Assembly (NCBI GenBank): GCA_039194995.1
Contig: JBCCVR010000004.1
Coordinates: 18,883 to 82,882 of the forward strand
DNA: 64,000 nucleotides
Direction of reading: 5' to 3'
Source of the DNA: Cyanobacteria bacterium P01_E01_bin.42
GTDB lineage: Bacteria > Cyanobacteriota > Cyanobacteriia > Cyanobacteriales > Spirulinaceae
Position numbers and translations under genes: made by a program
The notes under the pieces: generated by a model
What the model saw: the letters and a program-made list of their open reading frames with translations, nothing else
Database searches by the model: none
Told to the model about the DNA's origin: nothing
In this document: one piece after another, positions 1-8,931 of the stretch
Layout of the letters: each line of letters opens with the position of its first letter
Numbering within the stretch: the stretch's first letter is position 1

Positions 1-605
<605 letters not shown>

Positions 606-610
606 AATCA

Positions 611-637
611 CTTGCTGAAATCTCTTGATTTCGCAAG
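611..637 (+). promoter_or_regulatory. Inverted repeat CTTGCTGAAATC-tctt-GATTTCGCAAG about 55 bp upstream of the globin start; putative operator or transcription-factor site
   Basis: 11/12-bp arms with a 4-bp spacer are seen directly. A TATTAT-like element and a GGAGG RBS follow before the ATG at 691. Confidence 0.3.
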
Positions 638-690
638 GAATATTATGCTTAAAATTTGGAGGATCGCATTGAGTAGGAGAACACAATCTC

Positions 691-1683
691 ATGTCCTTAC
701 AGGCTGAAATCCTAGAAAAGAGTTTTGAGAACATCAAGCCCCAAGCCAATGAATTCGTAAACAGTTTTTATGAAAACCTCTTTTCAGCCAATCCAGAAGC
801 CAAGCCTTTATTTGGTCACACAGATATGGCTGCTCAGAAGAAAAAACTACTCGGCTCTCTCGTTTTAGTTGTCGAAAACCTGCGCAAGCCTGACGTACTG
901 AGCGATGCACTCAAAGGCTTAGGTGCAAGACACGTAAAGTATGGGGCATTACCCGAACATTATCCTCTTGTCGGTAGCGCTCTATTAACAACTTTCGAGC
1001 AATATTTAGGCGAGGCTTGGACGGAAGAAGTCAGACAAGCATGGGTCGAAGCCTATGGTGCAATTACCGAATTAATGCTTGACGGAGCCGATTATTCCGC
1101 CAAAGAAGTCATCTTAGATTCCTCCTCTGAAGAGTCTCCATTAGCTGCTGAATTACTCGAAACTAGCTTTGAGAAAATCAAACCCCAAGCCGATGAATTC
1201 GTAAACAGTTTCTACGCTAATCTCTTTACTGCCAATCCAGAAGCAAAACCTTTGTTTAGCCATACGGATATGGCCGGGCAAAAGAAAAAGCTCCTCGCTT
1301 CTCTGGTTTTAGTTGTCGAAAATGTACGCAAGCCAGATGTATTAACAGAATCCTTAAAAGGATTGGGATCAAGACACGTTAAATACGGTGCATTGCCAGA
1401 ACATTACCCGCTTGTGGGTAACGCGCTTTTAGCAACTTTCGAGCAATATTTGGGCATGGATTGGACAGAAGAAGTCAAACAAGCATGGGTGAAAGCCTAT
1501 GGGGTTATTACCGAAATTATGCTGTCAGGAGCCGATTATTCAGCCGAGGAGGTCGCCCTAAAAAAGCCTACTCTCCCCCCTCAATCCCAATCTTTTATTA
1601 TTGAAAATGAGATTAATTTGGGTTTGTTTGTCGGAATTTTTGTGGGGGCAGGAGTTCTTGTTTCTTTGATGCTATTGCTGTAA
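691..1683 (+). CDS. tandem (two-domain) 3/3 single-domain-type globin with C-terminal transmembrane anchor
   Basis: Two about 140 aa repeats each carry FY(E/A)NLF..NPEAKPLF..H..QKKKL..LKGLG(A/S)RHVKYGALPEHYPLVG. These align with Vitreoscilla-type bacterial haemoglobin (Tyr B10, Gln E7, proximal His F8). The C-terminal hydrophobic stretch LGLFVGIFVGAGVLVSLMLLL and a GGAGG RBS are present. Confidence 0.8.
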   Translation: MSLQAEILEKSFENIKPQANEFVNSFYENLFSANPEAKPLFGHTDMAAQKKKLLGSLVLVVENLRKPDVLSDALKGLGARHVKYGALPEHYPLVGSALLTTFEQYLGEAWTEEVRQAWVEAYGAITELMLDGADYSAKEVILDSSSEESPLAAELLETSFEKIKPQADEFVNSFYANLFTANPEAKPLFSHTDMAGQKKKLLASLVLVVENVRKPDVLTESLKGLGSRHVKYGALPEHYPLVGNALLATFEQYLGMDWTEEVKQAWVKAYGVITEIMLSGADYSAEEVALKKPTLPPQSQSFIIENEINLGLFVGIFVGAGVLVSLMLLL

Positions 1684-1693
1684 TTTTGGAAAG

Positions 1694-2353
1694 ATGGCAA
1701 ATCCTGTTCGTCGGGCTTTTAAACCCAATCAAATATTTCAATCGAAATTTGCCATTCTTGGAATTATCGTGCTGCTCGTTGTTTGGTTTTCCGTTGCTTT
1801 TGTGGTGGATCGGCGCACCATCTTTCTTCCTGGAAAGACTTCTGTGGGTCACGTTCTTTTCGAGACATCTTGCAGTTCCTGTCACGAAGGATTTAAACCC
1901 GTGACGAATGAAACTTGCTTGCGCTGTCACGAGGCAGAAATGGCAGAAGATGCTCACGGTGCGAAGAAATTTCGAGATCCTCGGTGGGCGGAATTATTAA
2001 CCCGCGTTGACGTGCTAACTTGTACGGCTTGTCATGCGGAACACGTGCATATTTTCGCTCGCGGCGTTCATCTCAAGCCGGATCTGTGCATGGCCTGTCA
2101 TGAAGACATTATTACAGGAGAACTGGCGAGTCACGATGGTTTTGCACCCGATGGTTGTTGGACGGCTGGTTGTCATAATTTCCACGATCATCGCTCGATT
2201 TCTACGGGATTTTTGCGGCAGAACATGGATGCACCACCATTGTTACCCGTGCCGGAGGTTTTCCCCTTGTCGAGACCCGATCGCTCGGGCGAACCGCCAA
2301 AACCTGACTTGAATCGGGAATTTTTGCAGGCAAAAACGGGGAGGACAGAATGA
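1694..2353 (+). CDS. membrane-anchored multihaem cytochrome c, NapC/NirT/NrfH-like (4 CXXCH plus a possible CX4CH site)
   Basis: N-terminal TM helix (FAILGIIVLLVVWFSVAFVV) is followed by CSSCH, CLRCH, CTACH and CMACH, plus CWTAGCH. The 219 aa size and architecture are typical of quinol-dehydrogenase tetrahaem cytochromes. The start lies 11 bp after the globin stop. Confidence 0.75.
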   Translation: MANPVRRAFKPNQIFQSKFAILGIIVLLVVWFSVAFVVDRRTIFLPGKTSVGHVLFETSCSSCHEGFKPVTNETCLRCHEAEMAEDAHGAKKFRDPRWAELLTRVDVLTCTACHAEHVHIFARGVHLKPDLCMACHEDIITGELASHDGFAPDGCWTAGCHNFHDHRSISTGFLRQNMDAPPLLPVPEVFPLSRPDRSGEPPKPDLNREFLQAKTGRTE

Positions 2354-3156
2354 GCGATCGCGCAACTAAACTCTTGATTTTTGTTCTTTCGATCGGGTTT
2401 TTCTGGGGGTCTTTGTTGTCTTTTCCCGCGATCGCTCGGGCCGATGGCTTTAGCGCCCAACATATCGAGGAAATTAACAGTTTGTGGCAAAAAAGCGCCC
2501 ATGCTTTTGCCGATATTAATTGCTCGAGCTGCCATCTAGAAGCGGAAACCAAACAATTAATTATTGCCCCCAAGTTTGAAAGCTGCCAAACCTGTCACGA
2601 ACGACAAGTCGAGACATTTCTATTCGGAAAACATGGCGTTCGCTCTCTTGAAGGTCTTTCTCCATTAACCCCAGCAATGGCACATTTACCGATGAAAGAA
2701 ACGGCAAGCGATCGCCAGATGAATTGCAATACCTGTCACGACGTTCATTCGGTCGATACTTTTACCGCTTCGGTAGATTCTTGTTTGAGTTGTCATAACG
2801 ATACCCATTCCTTGAATTATGTCAAGTCAAAACACGGTTTATTATTTGCCGAAGCGAAATTGTTACCTGCCCCCACAGCCGATTTAGTCAGTTGTGCGAC
2901 TTGTCACCTACCCCGGCAACAAGTGGAAGGCACAAAAACTGTTTTTGTCAACCACAACAATACTTACAATTTATTGCCTCGCGATCGCATGGTCAAAGAT
3001 GTTTGCATGAATTGTCACGGTCTGGAATATTCCTACAATAGTATCTTTGATGATGAGTTGGTGGAAGCGAATTTTAATGCACCCCCGACGCAATATTTAG
3101 AGACCTTTGATATGGTAAAAGACCTCGAGAAAAAGCGATCGGGAACGGGGAATTAA
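2350..3156 (+). CDS. periplasmic hexahaem cytochrome c
   Basis: Signal peptide, then six CXXCH motifs (CSSCH, CQTCH, CNTCH, CLSCH, CATCH, CMNCH) in about 235 mature residues. Start and stop overlap the previous gene (ATGA), indicating translational coupling. Confidence 0.8.
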   Translation: MSDRATKLLIFVLSIGFFWGSLLSFPAIARADGFSAQHIEEINSLWQKSAHAFADINCSSCHLEAETKQLIIAPKFESCQTCHERQVETFLFGKHGVRSLEGLSPLTPAMAHLPMKETASDRQMNCNTCHDVHSVDTFTASVDSCLSCHNDTHSLNYVKSKHGLLFAEAKLLPAPTADLVSCATCHLPRQQVEGTKTVFVNHNNTYNLLPRDRMVKDVCMNCHGLEYSYNSIFDDELVEANFNAPPTQYLETFDMVKDLEKKRSGTGN

Positions 3157-3215
3157 AACTAGAGCAATTCGGAAGGGTACGAGTTAGTTTGTTTATTTGC
3201 AGAGGAGAACACCAA

Positions 3216-3860
3216 ATGTTAGCTTTTTTGAAAAAATTGAAAGCAAGAACCATTGCGTTAATGACTTTAGCCGTCGCAATTTGTTTCATCGCGATCGCTT
3301 GTGGAGGTGGCTCCGCACCGCAAGCAGGAGGTGATGGGATTAATCCGGAAGTTGTTGTCGATTACATTCACACGGTATTATTAGCTGATAGAACAGCTTA
3401 TACCAAGCACGTTGTCAATCGTTTTGAAACCCTAGAAGGAAAACCCAATGAAAAGGGTGTCGTCCCCGCAGAAGCGACAGAAGGATGGAAAGAAACCGGG
3501 GGAATTCCCCTACCTGCACAAATGTTCCGTTTGGGTGCAGAAATTGCCGCCGAAGAAGGAACATTTACTTACGGTTTAATTTCTCCGTGGAATATTAATG
3601 ATTCCCAAGCCCCGAAAACAGACTTTGAAAAAGAAGCAATGGCGAAAGTCATCGAAACGGGAGAACCTTATAAAAATTATCAAGAAATTGGCGGTCAAAA
3701 ATACTTCTCCGCCGTCTATCCCGATAACGCCGTTGCAGAGGCTTGTATTACTTGCCATAATACCCATCCCGTCCACCTAGAACGCTATCCCGACAAACAG
3801 TTTGAAATGGGAGAAGTCATGGGGGGAGTCGTGATCAACTTGCCGTTAGAAGGCGCTTAG
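3216..3860 (+). CDS. c-type haem lipoprotein with a single C-terminal CXXCH, Tll0287-like (PAS-like haem c protein family)
   Basis: AGGAG RBS 8 nt upstream of the ATG at 3216. Lipoprotein signal with lipobox IAIAC. Single CITCH near the C-terminus. Size and architecture resemble the cyanobacterial Tll0287/DUF3365-type haem c proteins. The ORF-track start at 3189 was replaced by the RBS-supported start. Confidence 0.55.
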   Translation: MLAFLKKLKARTIALMTLAVAICFIAIACGGGSAPQAGGDGINPEVVVDYIHTVLLADRTAYTKHVVNRFETLEGKPNEKGVVPAEATEGWKETGGIPLPAQMFRLGAEIAAEEGTFTYGLISPWNINDSQAPKTDFEKEAMAKVIETGEPYKNYQEIGGQKYFSAVYPDNAVAEACITCHNTHPVHLERYPDKQFEMGEVMGGVVINLPLEGA

Positions 3861-3897
3861 TTTAAGCTAGTTCGGTAATCATGTTCGGACATTCTCT

Positions 3898-3921
3898 AGG
3901 GACGTTGTTGGCAACGTCCCT
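3898..3921 (+). other. perfect 10-bp GC-rich stem-loop (AGGGACGTTG-ttgg-CAACGTCCCT) between operon genes; possible attenuator or RNA-processing/stability element
   Basis: Inverted repeat seen directly. No U-tract follows, so it is not a canonical intrinsic terminator. Confidence 0.3.
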
Positions 3922-3969
3922 GAATAGTAATCGCGATCGCCAATGGAATTAAGATTTTAAAATTGTACA

Positions 3970-4584
3970 ATGAAACCAACATTTACTACTTTAATTATTT
4001 TGACGTTCTTGGTCGCGTTACTACTCGTCCCTTTTGTTGTCAGTCCTTACTATTTGGTTTATCTCCGCGATCGCGCTTTTGAAATTCATCTCATTTTACA
4101 AGGAGAGATTTACAAGCAAATCACGGGATACTTTTCTTTACTGTTTGTGCTTGTAGAAATGCTGATCGTTGCTCGCAAGCGAGGGCGGACTTGGCTAGTA
4201 AAAATAAAACTTCCCGGATCGTTACAAATTTGGCGGCGCTGGCACATTTTTCTCGGCGTTGCTCTTTTGGGTACAACTTTAATTCATACGATCGGATCGC
4301 GGGGTTTAAATTTTAATGCAGTGTTTCTCTGGTTTTTTTTCGGGGTCACACTGTCGGCTTTAGTGGGGGCAGTTGCCGAAACGGGAGTATTAGAGTCTTC
4401 TCAACGTTATTTCGGTTGGGTTCCTCACGATACAAAAGAAGTTCATAAGAGTCGTTTTCTCATCTCTAAAGCCGCACTGATTCGCAATTTACGTGCTTGG
4501 TGGCTCAATACTCATATTTTCCTCGTTACGGCTTTTTGTGTCATGCTTGTTTTTCATATTTTTCTAGCTTACTATTATCAATAA
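3970..4584 (+). CDS. integral membrane protein (about 4 TM) with conserved His in TM helices; putative b-type haem/ferric-reductase-like membrane component
   Basis: Hydrophobicity pattern, with His at helix ends (WHIFLGVALLGTTLIHTIGS, NTHIFL, FHIFL). No named family recognised with certainty. Confidence 0.45.
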   Translation: MKPTFTTLIILTFLVALLLVPFVVSPYYLVYLRDRAFEIHLILQGEIYKQITGYFSLLFVLVEMLIVARKRGRTWLVKIKLPGSLQIWRRWHIFLGVALLGTTLIHTIGSRGLNFNAVFLWFFFGVTLSALVGAVAETGVLESSQRYFGWVPHDTKEVHKSRFLISKAALIRNLRAWWLNTHIFLVTAFCVMLVFHIFLAYYYQ

Positions 4585-4616
4585 TAGTTGTTTTTTGTTT
4601 GTTATTTGTTTTTAAA

Positions 4617-5114
4617 ATGTTAGAATTCTCTAATACCGATCGCTCATTACTCGTTACTCATTGCCGAAGGATTGCGATCGCATTGTTACTCTGTTTTTGT
4701 TTAAATAGTTTTTTGTTGGTTTCCGAAGCGAAAGCCGGACTTTTTTCGGGTTCTTCTTTAGCGGGTTTGGTGACAATGAAAAAAATGGCGGCGGAGTCGG
4801 TTGCTTATGATACAGCCGCGAACAGCGATCGCCCGATGGTTCTCGAATTTTATGCGAATTGGTGTACCACCTGTCAGGGAATGGCACCAACTATGGAAAA
4901 ATTAGAGGCGGAATTTCGAGAAAATGTCGATTTAGTCATGCTCGACATTGACGATCCCCAATGGGTTAATATGATTCAAGAATATGGCGTAACTGGAGTT
5001 CCTCAGTTTATCTTTTTAGATCGCGATCGTCATCTCCAAAAAACTTTGGTCGGGAAAGTTCCGCGATCGATTATGACTCGCTATTTTGCAACCTTATCAG
5101 ATCCCGAATTCTAA
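4617..5114 (+). CDS. secreted thioredoxin-like thiol:disulfide oxidoreductase (WCTTC active site), TlpA/ResA-like
   Basis: Signal-like N-terminus, then YANWCTTCQ and a thioredoxin fold pattern (VPQFIFLD). Start re-assigned to the internal ATG at 4617 to avoid overlap with the preceding gene. Confidence 0.7.
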   Translation: MLEFSNTDRSLLVTHCRRIAIALLLCFCLNSFLLVSEAKAGLFSGSSLAGLVTMKKMAAESVAYDTAANSDRPMVLEFYANWCTTCQGMAPTMEKLEAEFRENVDLVMLDIDDPQWVNMIQEYGVTGVPQFIFLDRDRHLQKTLVGKVPRSIMTRYFATLSDPEF

Positions 5115-5138
5115 AAGTTAGCAACTCAGGAGTTAGCA

Positions 5139-5462
5139 ATGCCAAATCTATTGTTTATATGCAGCCGCAATCAATGGCGCAGTCCGACCGCCGCAAGTCT
5201 TTTTCGCAATACTGATGGCGTAAAAGTGCGTTCGGCAGGAACGAGTAGCAAAGCTCGAAAAAAAGTCTCTAATTCGGATTTGAATTGGGCTGATTTGATT
5301 TTTGTCATGGAGAAAAAGCACAAAAATCAGTTGCAAGCAAAATTTTCGGAATCGCTTCAAGATAAACCTATTCATGTCTTAGGTATTCCTGATGAATATC
5401 GCTACATGGACGAAGAGCTTATCGATTTATTGAATGCAACAGTTACGCCCTTTCTGCTATAG
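5139..5462 (+). CDS. low-molecular-weight protein-tyrosine-phosphatase/ArsC-like small protein (CX5R motif)
   Basis: N-terminal LFICSRNQWRSP (CX5R-S P-loop) is typical of the LMW-PTP superfamily. 107 aa. Confidence 0.5.
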   Translation: MPNLLFICSRNQWRSPTAASLFRNTDGVKVRSAGTSSKARKKVSNSDLNWADLIFVMEKKHKNQLQAKFSESLQDKPIHVLGIPDEYRYMDEELIDLLNATVTPFLL

Positions 5463-5501
5463 TTTCACTCTTTTTATTATCCACAAGGAAACAGGATAAA
5501 A

Positions 5502-5819
5502 ATGGATCGACATAAAGAAACGCTCGCCCAAACTATGTCTTTTCTCATGTCAATTCGTCCCGAAACTGACTTGGGCAAATTACTAAACTTTTGTTTGGCA
5601 ACAAAAATAGAACCGGAACAAACTGGGAAAACTGCTTATGAAATGGCCTGTTATCTTTTAGAACATCCCGATAATTTATCAAATTTTATTCAAGAATCAA
5701 TGGAAAGCGATGGGGAATATACTCCTGAAGAATATGTAGCAATGGGGGAATTGCCTACGCGAGATCCAGAAAGGTTCATGCAGAAAATATTTGCACAATT
5801 AGACCAAATAGAACTATAG
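5502..5819 (+). CDS. hypothetical protein
   Basis: ORF with coding-like composition; no recognisable motif. Confidence 0.35.
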   Translation: MDRHKETLAQTMSFLMSIRPETDLGKLLNFCLATKIEPEQTGKTAYEMACYLLEHPDNLSNFIQESMESDGEYTPEEYVAMGELPTRDPERFMQKIFAQLDQIEL

Positions 5820-5863
5820 AGCGATATCTCTAACAGAAAAGATTCGCTCCATAAACTAACATC

Positions 5864-6325
5864 TTATTGTTGATCAGGATATACGATCAATTGAGACCAA
5901 GGAAAACCTTGGGGATGCTCGTCTGTCCGGATACCACATCCTCCACTACATGGATCGCTAGTATCTGCGTAGGGTCGATCGGCAGCTTGTTTTGCCGTGT
6001 CTGCATCATAAACTTGCTGACAATACCACAGAAGTCCGCGTTTATCGTATGTCCAATCAAATTGGCTAAATTTCCCACTAAATTTTGGAGAATTTTTAGT
6101 ATTTTTTGCGATGATTACCTTGTTTTTATTATCTACCGAAGTATAGGTAAAAATCAAAGAAGGATCGTCTGGAGAACCCATTGACCATTCTGTATTGCTA
6201 ATTTGCTGCAACCCTCCATAATTATCAATATAATCGCCAACAATTTTAGGAGTTTCATCTGCTAATGCAGAAGTCCCTCCCAAGATAAACAGGGAAATGA
6301 TGGTAATGAGAAATAATCGTTTCAT
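5864..6325 (-). CDS. secreted hypothetical protein (signal peptide)
   Basis: N-terminal MKRLFLITIISLFILGGTSALA signal peptide. No family recognised. Confidence 0.5.
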   Translation of the reverse strand: MKRLFLITIISLFILGGTSALADETPKIVGDYIDNYGGLQQISNTEWSMGSPDDPSLIFTYTSVDNKNKVIIAKNTKNSPKFSGKFSQFDWTYDKRGLLWYCQQVYDADTAKQAADRPYADTSDPCSGGCGIRTDEHPQGFPWSQLIVYPDQQ

Positions 6326-6476
6326 AGTACCCTTGAAGTTGAGAATGACTAAAAATCCTAATCTATCTCCAAAAAAAGATTTTTGTACTCTTTTTGGTAG
6401 TAATTTTTCAGAACTTTAGTTCTTTTAATCCAAGATAGCTCTCTACTCATATATTTACAGAGATATTATATTTATT

Positions 6477-7151
6477 TCAGAATTGATGTGAGATCAGCGT
6501 ACCCGTTTCAATACGCCAACAGCGATCGCTAATCTTCGCTAACCCTTCTGCATCGTGAGTGACAATGAGTAAGGTCCAATGCTGTTTTAATTTCTCTAAT
6601 AATGTTACGACTTGGCGGCGGATCGACCAATCCAAACCTGCCGTCGGTTCGTCTAACAATAAAATATTGGGCTGACGAATTAATTGTACGGCGAGGGCGA
6701 GGCGGCGTTGTTGCCCGCCACTGAGGACATGAGGGGGCGTTGAGAGAGAAAGATGATCTAAACCCACCTCAAATAAGGTCGATTTGACTTGTTCTAAACC
6801 CAATTCTGGATGACCGAGACGCAATTCTTCTAACATTGTCCCCCCGCAAAAATGTCGCTCGGGAAACTGAAAGACCAAACCCGCGAGATATTGCAGATCG
6901 TAAGCATCTAGCTCTTGTTCTCCCCAAGCAATAAACCCTTGGGTGGGTTCTGCTAGTCCGGCCAGCAGTTCCAAAAGCGTTGATTTTCCCGAACCACTCG
7001 GCCCGACGATTAAACCGAGTTCTTGGGGGGCAAGTTCGAGATTGACATTTTTTAGGATGGGGTCGGGAGTCGCGGGAGGGTGATAAGTTAAATCTTTTAG
7101 ATACAACATTAAAGGAGAAGCGTGAATCATGGGGAATGGGTGACGAAACAA
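6477..7151 (-). CDS. ABC transporter ATP-binding protein (ECF/CbiO-like), orphan
   Basis: Walker A GPSGSGKST, ABC signature LSGGQQRR, Walker B LLLDEPT, H-loop TH. No adjacent permease. The true start may be an internal Met. Confidence 0.8.
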   Translation of the reverse strand: MFRHPFPMIHASPLMLYLKDLTYHPPATPDPILKNVNLELAPQELGLIVGPSGSGKSTLLELLAGLAEPTQGFIAWGEQELDAYDLQYLAGLVFQFPERHFCGGTMLEELRLGHPELGLEQVKSTLFEVGLDHLSLSTPPHVLSGGQQRRLALAVQLIRQPNILLLDEPTAGLDWSIRRQVVTLLEKLKQHWTLLIVTHDAEGLAKISDRCWRIETGTLISHQF

Positions 7152-7357
7152 CTCGTTTTTTCCCGATTCCCTTCCTCTAGATTAAACGGAAAAATTCTGA
7201 ATTGATAATCGATCGCCGATCGCTCAATATTGAAGGGGTGGAACTCGAGCAAATAGGAGTCCGTCAGGGTGCCAGAGACGAGAATTAGAAGCACTCAAAT
7301 AGATTTCTCGTCAGCTTGTGCCTTTTGTGTTGCCTGGTCAATATTTGGAAAACTCTC

Positions 7358-8272
7358 ATGCTGAAACAATTATTAAAATCATCGCGATCGCTGTCTCTCC
7401 TTCTATCTTCCACTGTTGCGATCGCCGCGATCGGTTGGGGTGCGATCGCTTTCGCCGGAGATCCCTTTGAACGCAGCCCCGAGAAACCCATCGGCGATGC
7501 GACTGAAGATGTATTTGAGGCCATGTTTAAAGAAGGGGATTATCGCGAAGCAGAACGCCTGATCGAACAAGCATTGCGCGAAGATGCCAACGAACCCCTT
7601 GCCCACGCTCTCCAAGCGGCTCTTGCTTATAATGAGGGCGATTGGGAAACGTTGAAAGTTCACGGGGAAAAAACCACGGAAGCCGCAGAACAATTAATCT
7701 CTCGCGATGCCGTGCGGGGCAATCTTTATAAGGGCGTGGGTTTAATGTTGGAAGGTGCTTATGATGTCTTGAAAAACAAGAATTATCTCGGGGCTGTCCC
7801 AAAACTCCAGAGAATTTTCCAAGCCTTTGATGCGGCACAAGCTGCCGATCCCAACGATCCGGAATTGAATTTGGCTAAGGGCTATATGGAATTACTCTTG
7901 GCGGTAAATTTGCCGTTTTCCAGTCCCGATACGGCGATCGAAAATTTTCAACGTTCCGCCAAGCCTTCCTATTTAGTCGATCGCGGTTTGGCTTTAGCCT
8001 ATCGGGATTTAGGACGCTTTCCAGAGGCACTCGATCGCGTCAAGCAAGCGCGATCTCAAACTGGAGATAATCCAGAAATTACCTATCTCAAAGCGCAAAT
8101 TCTCCACGAATTGGGCAAGCAAGAAAATCAGCCCAATACCGTCCGCGAAGCCGTGCAACTGTTTAACGAGGCATTAGGAGAAATCGACCAATTCCCCAAT
8201 CCTCAAGCCAATCAACCCCAAATCGAACGGGAAAAGCGCATTGCTGAGGAATGGCTACAAGAGAATAGTTAA
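7358..8272 (+). CDS. secreted alpha-helical hypothetical protein
   Basis: Signal peptide MLKQLLKSSRSLSLLLSSTVAIAAIGWGAIAFA; helical repeat-like remainder. Start placed at the Met that begins the signal. Confidence 0.5.
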   Translation: MLKQLLKSSRSLSLLLSSTVAIAAIGWGAIAFAGDPFERSPEKPIGDATEDVFEAMFKEGDYREAERLIEQALREDANEPLAHALQAALAYNEGDWETLKVHGEKTTEAAEQLISRDAVRGNLYKGVGLMLEGAYDVLKNKNYLGAVPKLQRIFQAFDAAQAADPNDPELNLAKGYMELLLAVNLPFSSPDTAIENFQRSAKPSYLVDRGLALAYRDLGRFPEALDRVKQARSQTGDNPEITYLKAQILHELGKQENQPNTVREAVQLFNEALGEIDQFPNPQANQPQIEREKRIAEEWLQENS

Positions 8273-8294
8273 AAGGCTTTGAAGGAATTGAAGA

Positions 8295-8334
8295 GGCGAT
8301 CGCGCTGCAATGCGATCGCCCTTTCACATCTTTC
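8295..8334. terminator. HIP1-based hairpin GGCGATCGC-gctgcaat-GCGATCGCC followed by a T-rich tract, between convergent genes
   Basis: Perfect 9-bp stem seen directly; downstream ctttcacatctttc. Confidence 0.35.
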
Positions 8335-8355
8335 AAACTTTATCAATTCTTTTCT

Positions 8356-8742
8356 TCACACTTCTTGCATTTTAGGAACTTCTGGTTTCGGAAGCAGTTC
8401 TAATTGTGATGCAATAGGACTGAATTGACAGTAACAAATCACGATTTCCTTTTTCTCGCAATCTCCTGATGCTGCGGGGTAGCGATCGATACGAGTAATG
8501 ACCCAATCTCCATCGCGGACGTGAGTTGAACTTTCTGGCGCGATCGCATCTTCAAATCCTTCCACGCGATGAAACTGGCGCAGGCGATCGCCAATTTTGG
8601 GAATGTTTCCATCAGGGTTATAATCCCAATGTTCGTCAAGAATATCGGTTAAGTTTCCCATCGGATTTTTACGCTTTTCCCATCCGGGCTGTTCTCCGTC
8701 GCAGTGGAAAATAATCCAAGTTTCTTTATTCGTTTCGCTCAT
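8356..8742 (-). CDS. hypothetical protein, larger member of cassette copy A (paralogue of 10606-11142)
   Basis: GGAGG RBS before the ATG at 8742. Shares NxP(K/E)(I/V)GDR and W(V/S)I(T/V)(R/G)(I/V)DRY motifs with the 10606-11142 product. Confidence 0.5.
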   Translation of the reverse strand: MSETNKETWIIFHCDGEQPGWEKRKNPMGNLTDILDEHWDYNPDGNIPKIGDRLRQFHRVEGFEDAIAPESSTHVRDGDWVITRIDRYPAASGDCEKKEIVICYCQFSPIASQLELLPKPEVPKMQEV

Positions 8743-8920
8743 GGTAATTATCCTCCATAAAAGATGTTTGCTTGCCTTTAAAAACACATTTAGCTTTGAG
8801 AATGGGATCGTTTGTGGGTTCAATGCGAACTAACTCCCACCCATTTAATCGAGCCATAATTTTGCATTGCATCCGACTGGCAGCATAGTGGACATTTTCG
8901 TTATTTTCTCGATCTGACAT
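8726..8920 (-). CDS. small hypothetical protein (64 aa), cassette copy A (paralogue of 11154-11375)
   Basis: Shares (V/W)H(Y/C)AA...KxM...L(V)xI..T(N/D)DPIL(K/R)..C(V/I)F(K/D)G with the 11154-11375 product. Confidence 0.45.
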   Translation of the reverse strand: MSDRENNENVHYAASRMQCKIMARLNGWELVRIEPTNDPILKAKCVFKGKQTSFMEDNYHERNE

Positions 8921-8931
8921 TACTTTACTCT

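Noticed and set aside
2034-2573. Several ORFs (both strands) overlapping the multihaem cytochrome genes
   Set aside because: They overlap CDSs that carry regularly spaced CXXCH motifs. These are frame artefacts.
4497-4616. N-terminal 40 codons of the ORF-track thioredoxin ORF overlapping the preceding membrane-protein gene
   Set aside because: The internal ATG at 4617 gives a signal-peptide-like start and removes the 88-bp overlap.
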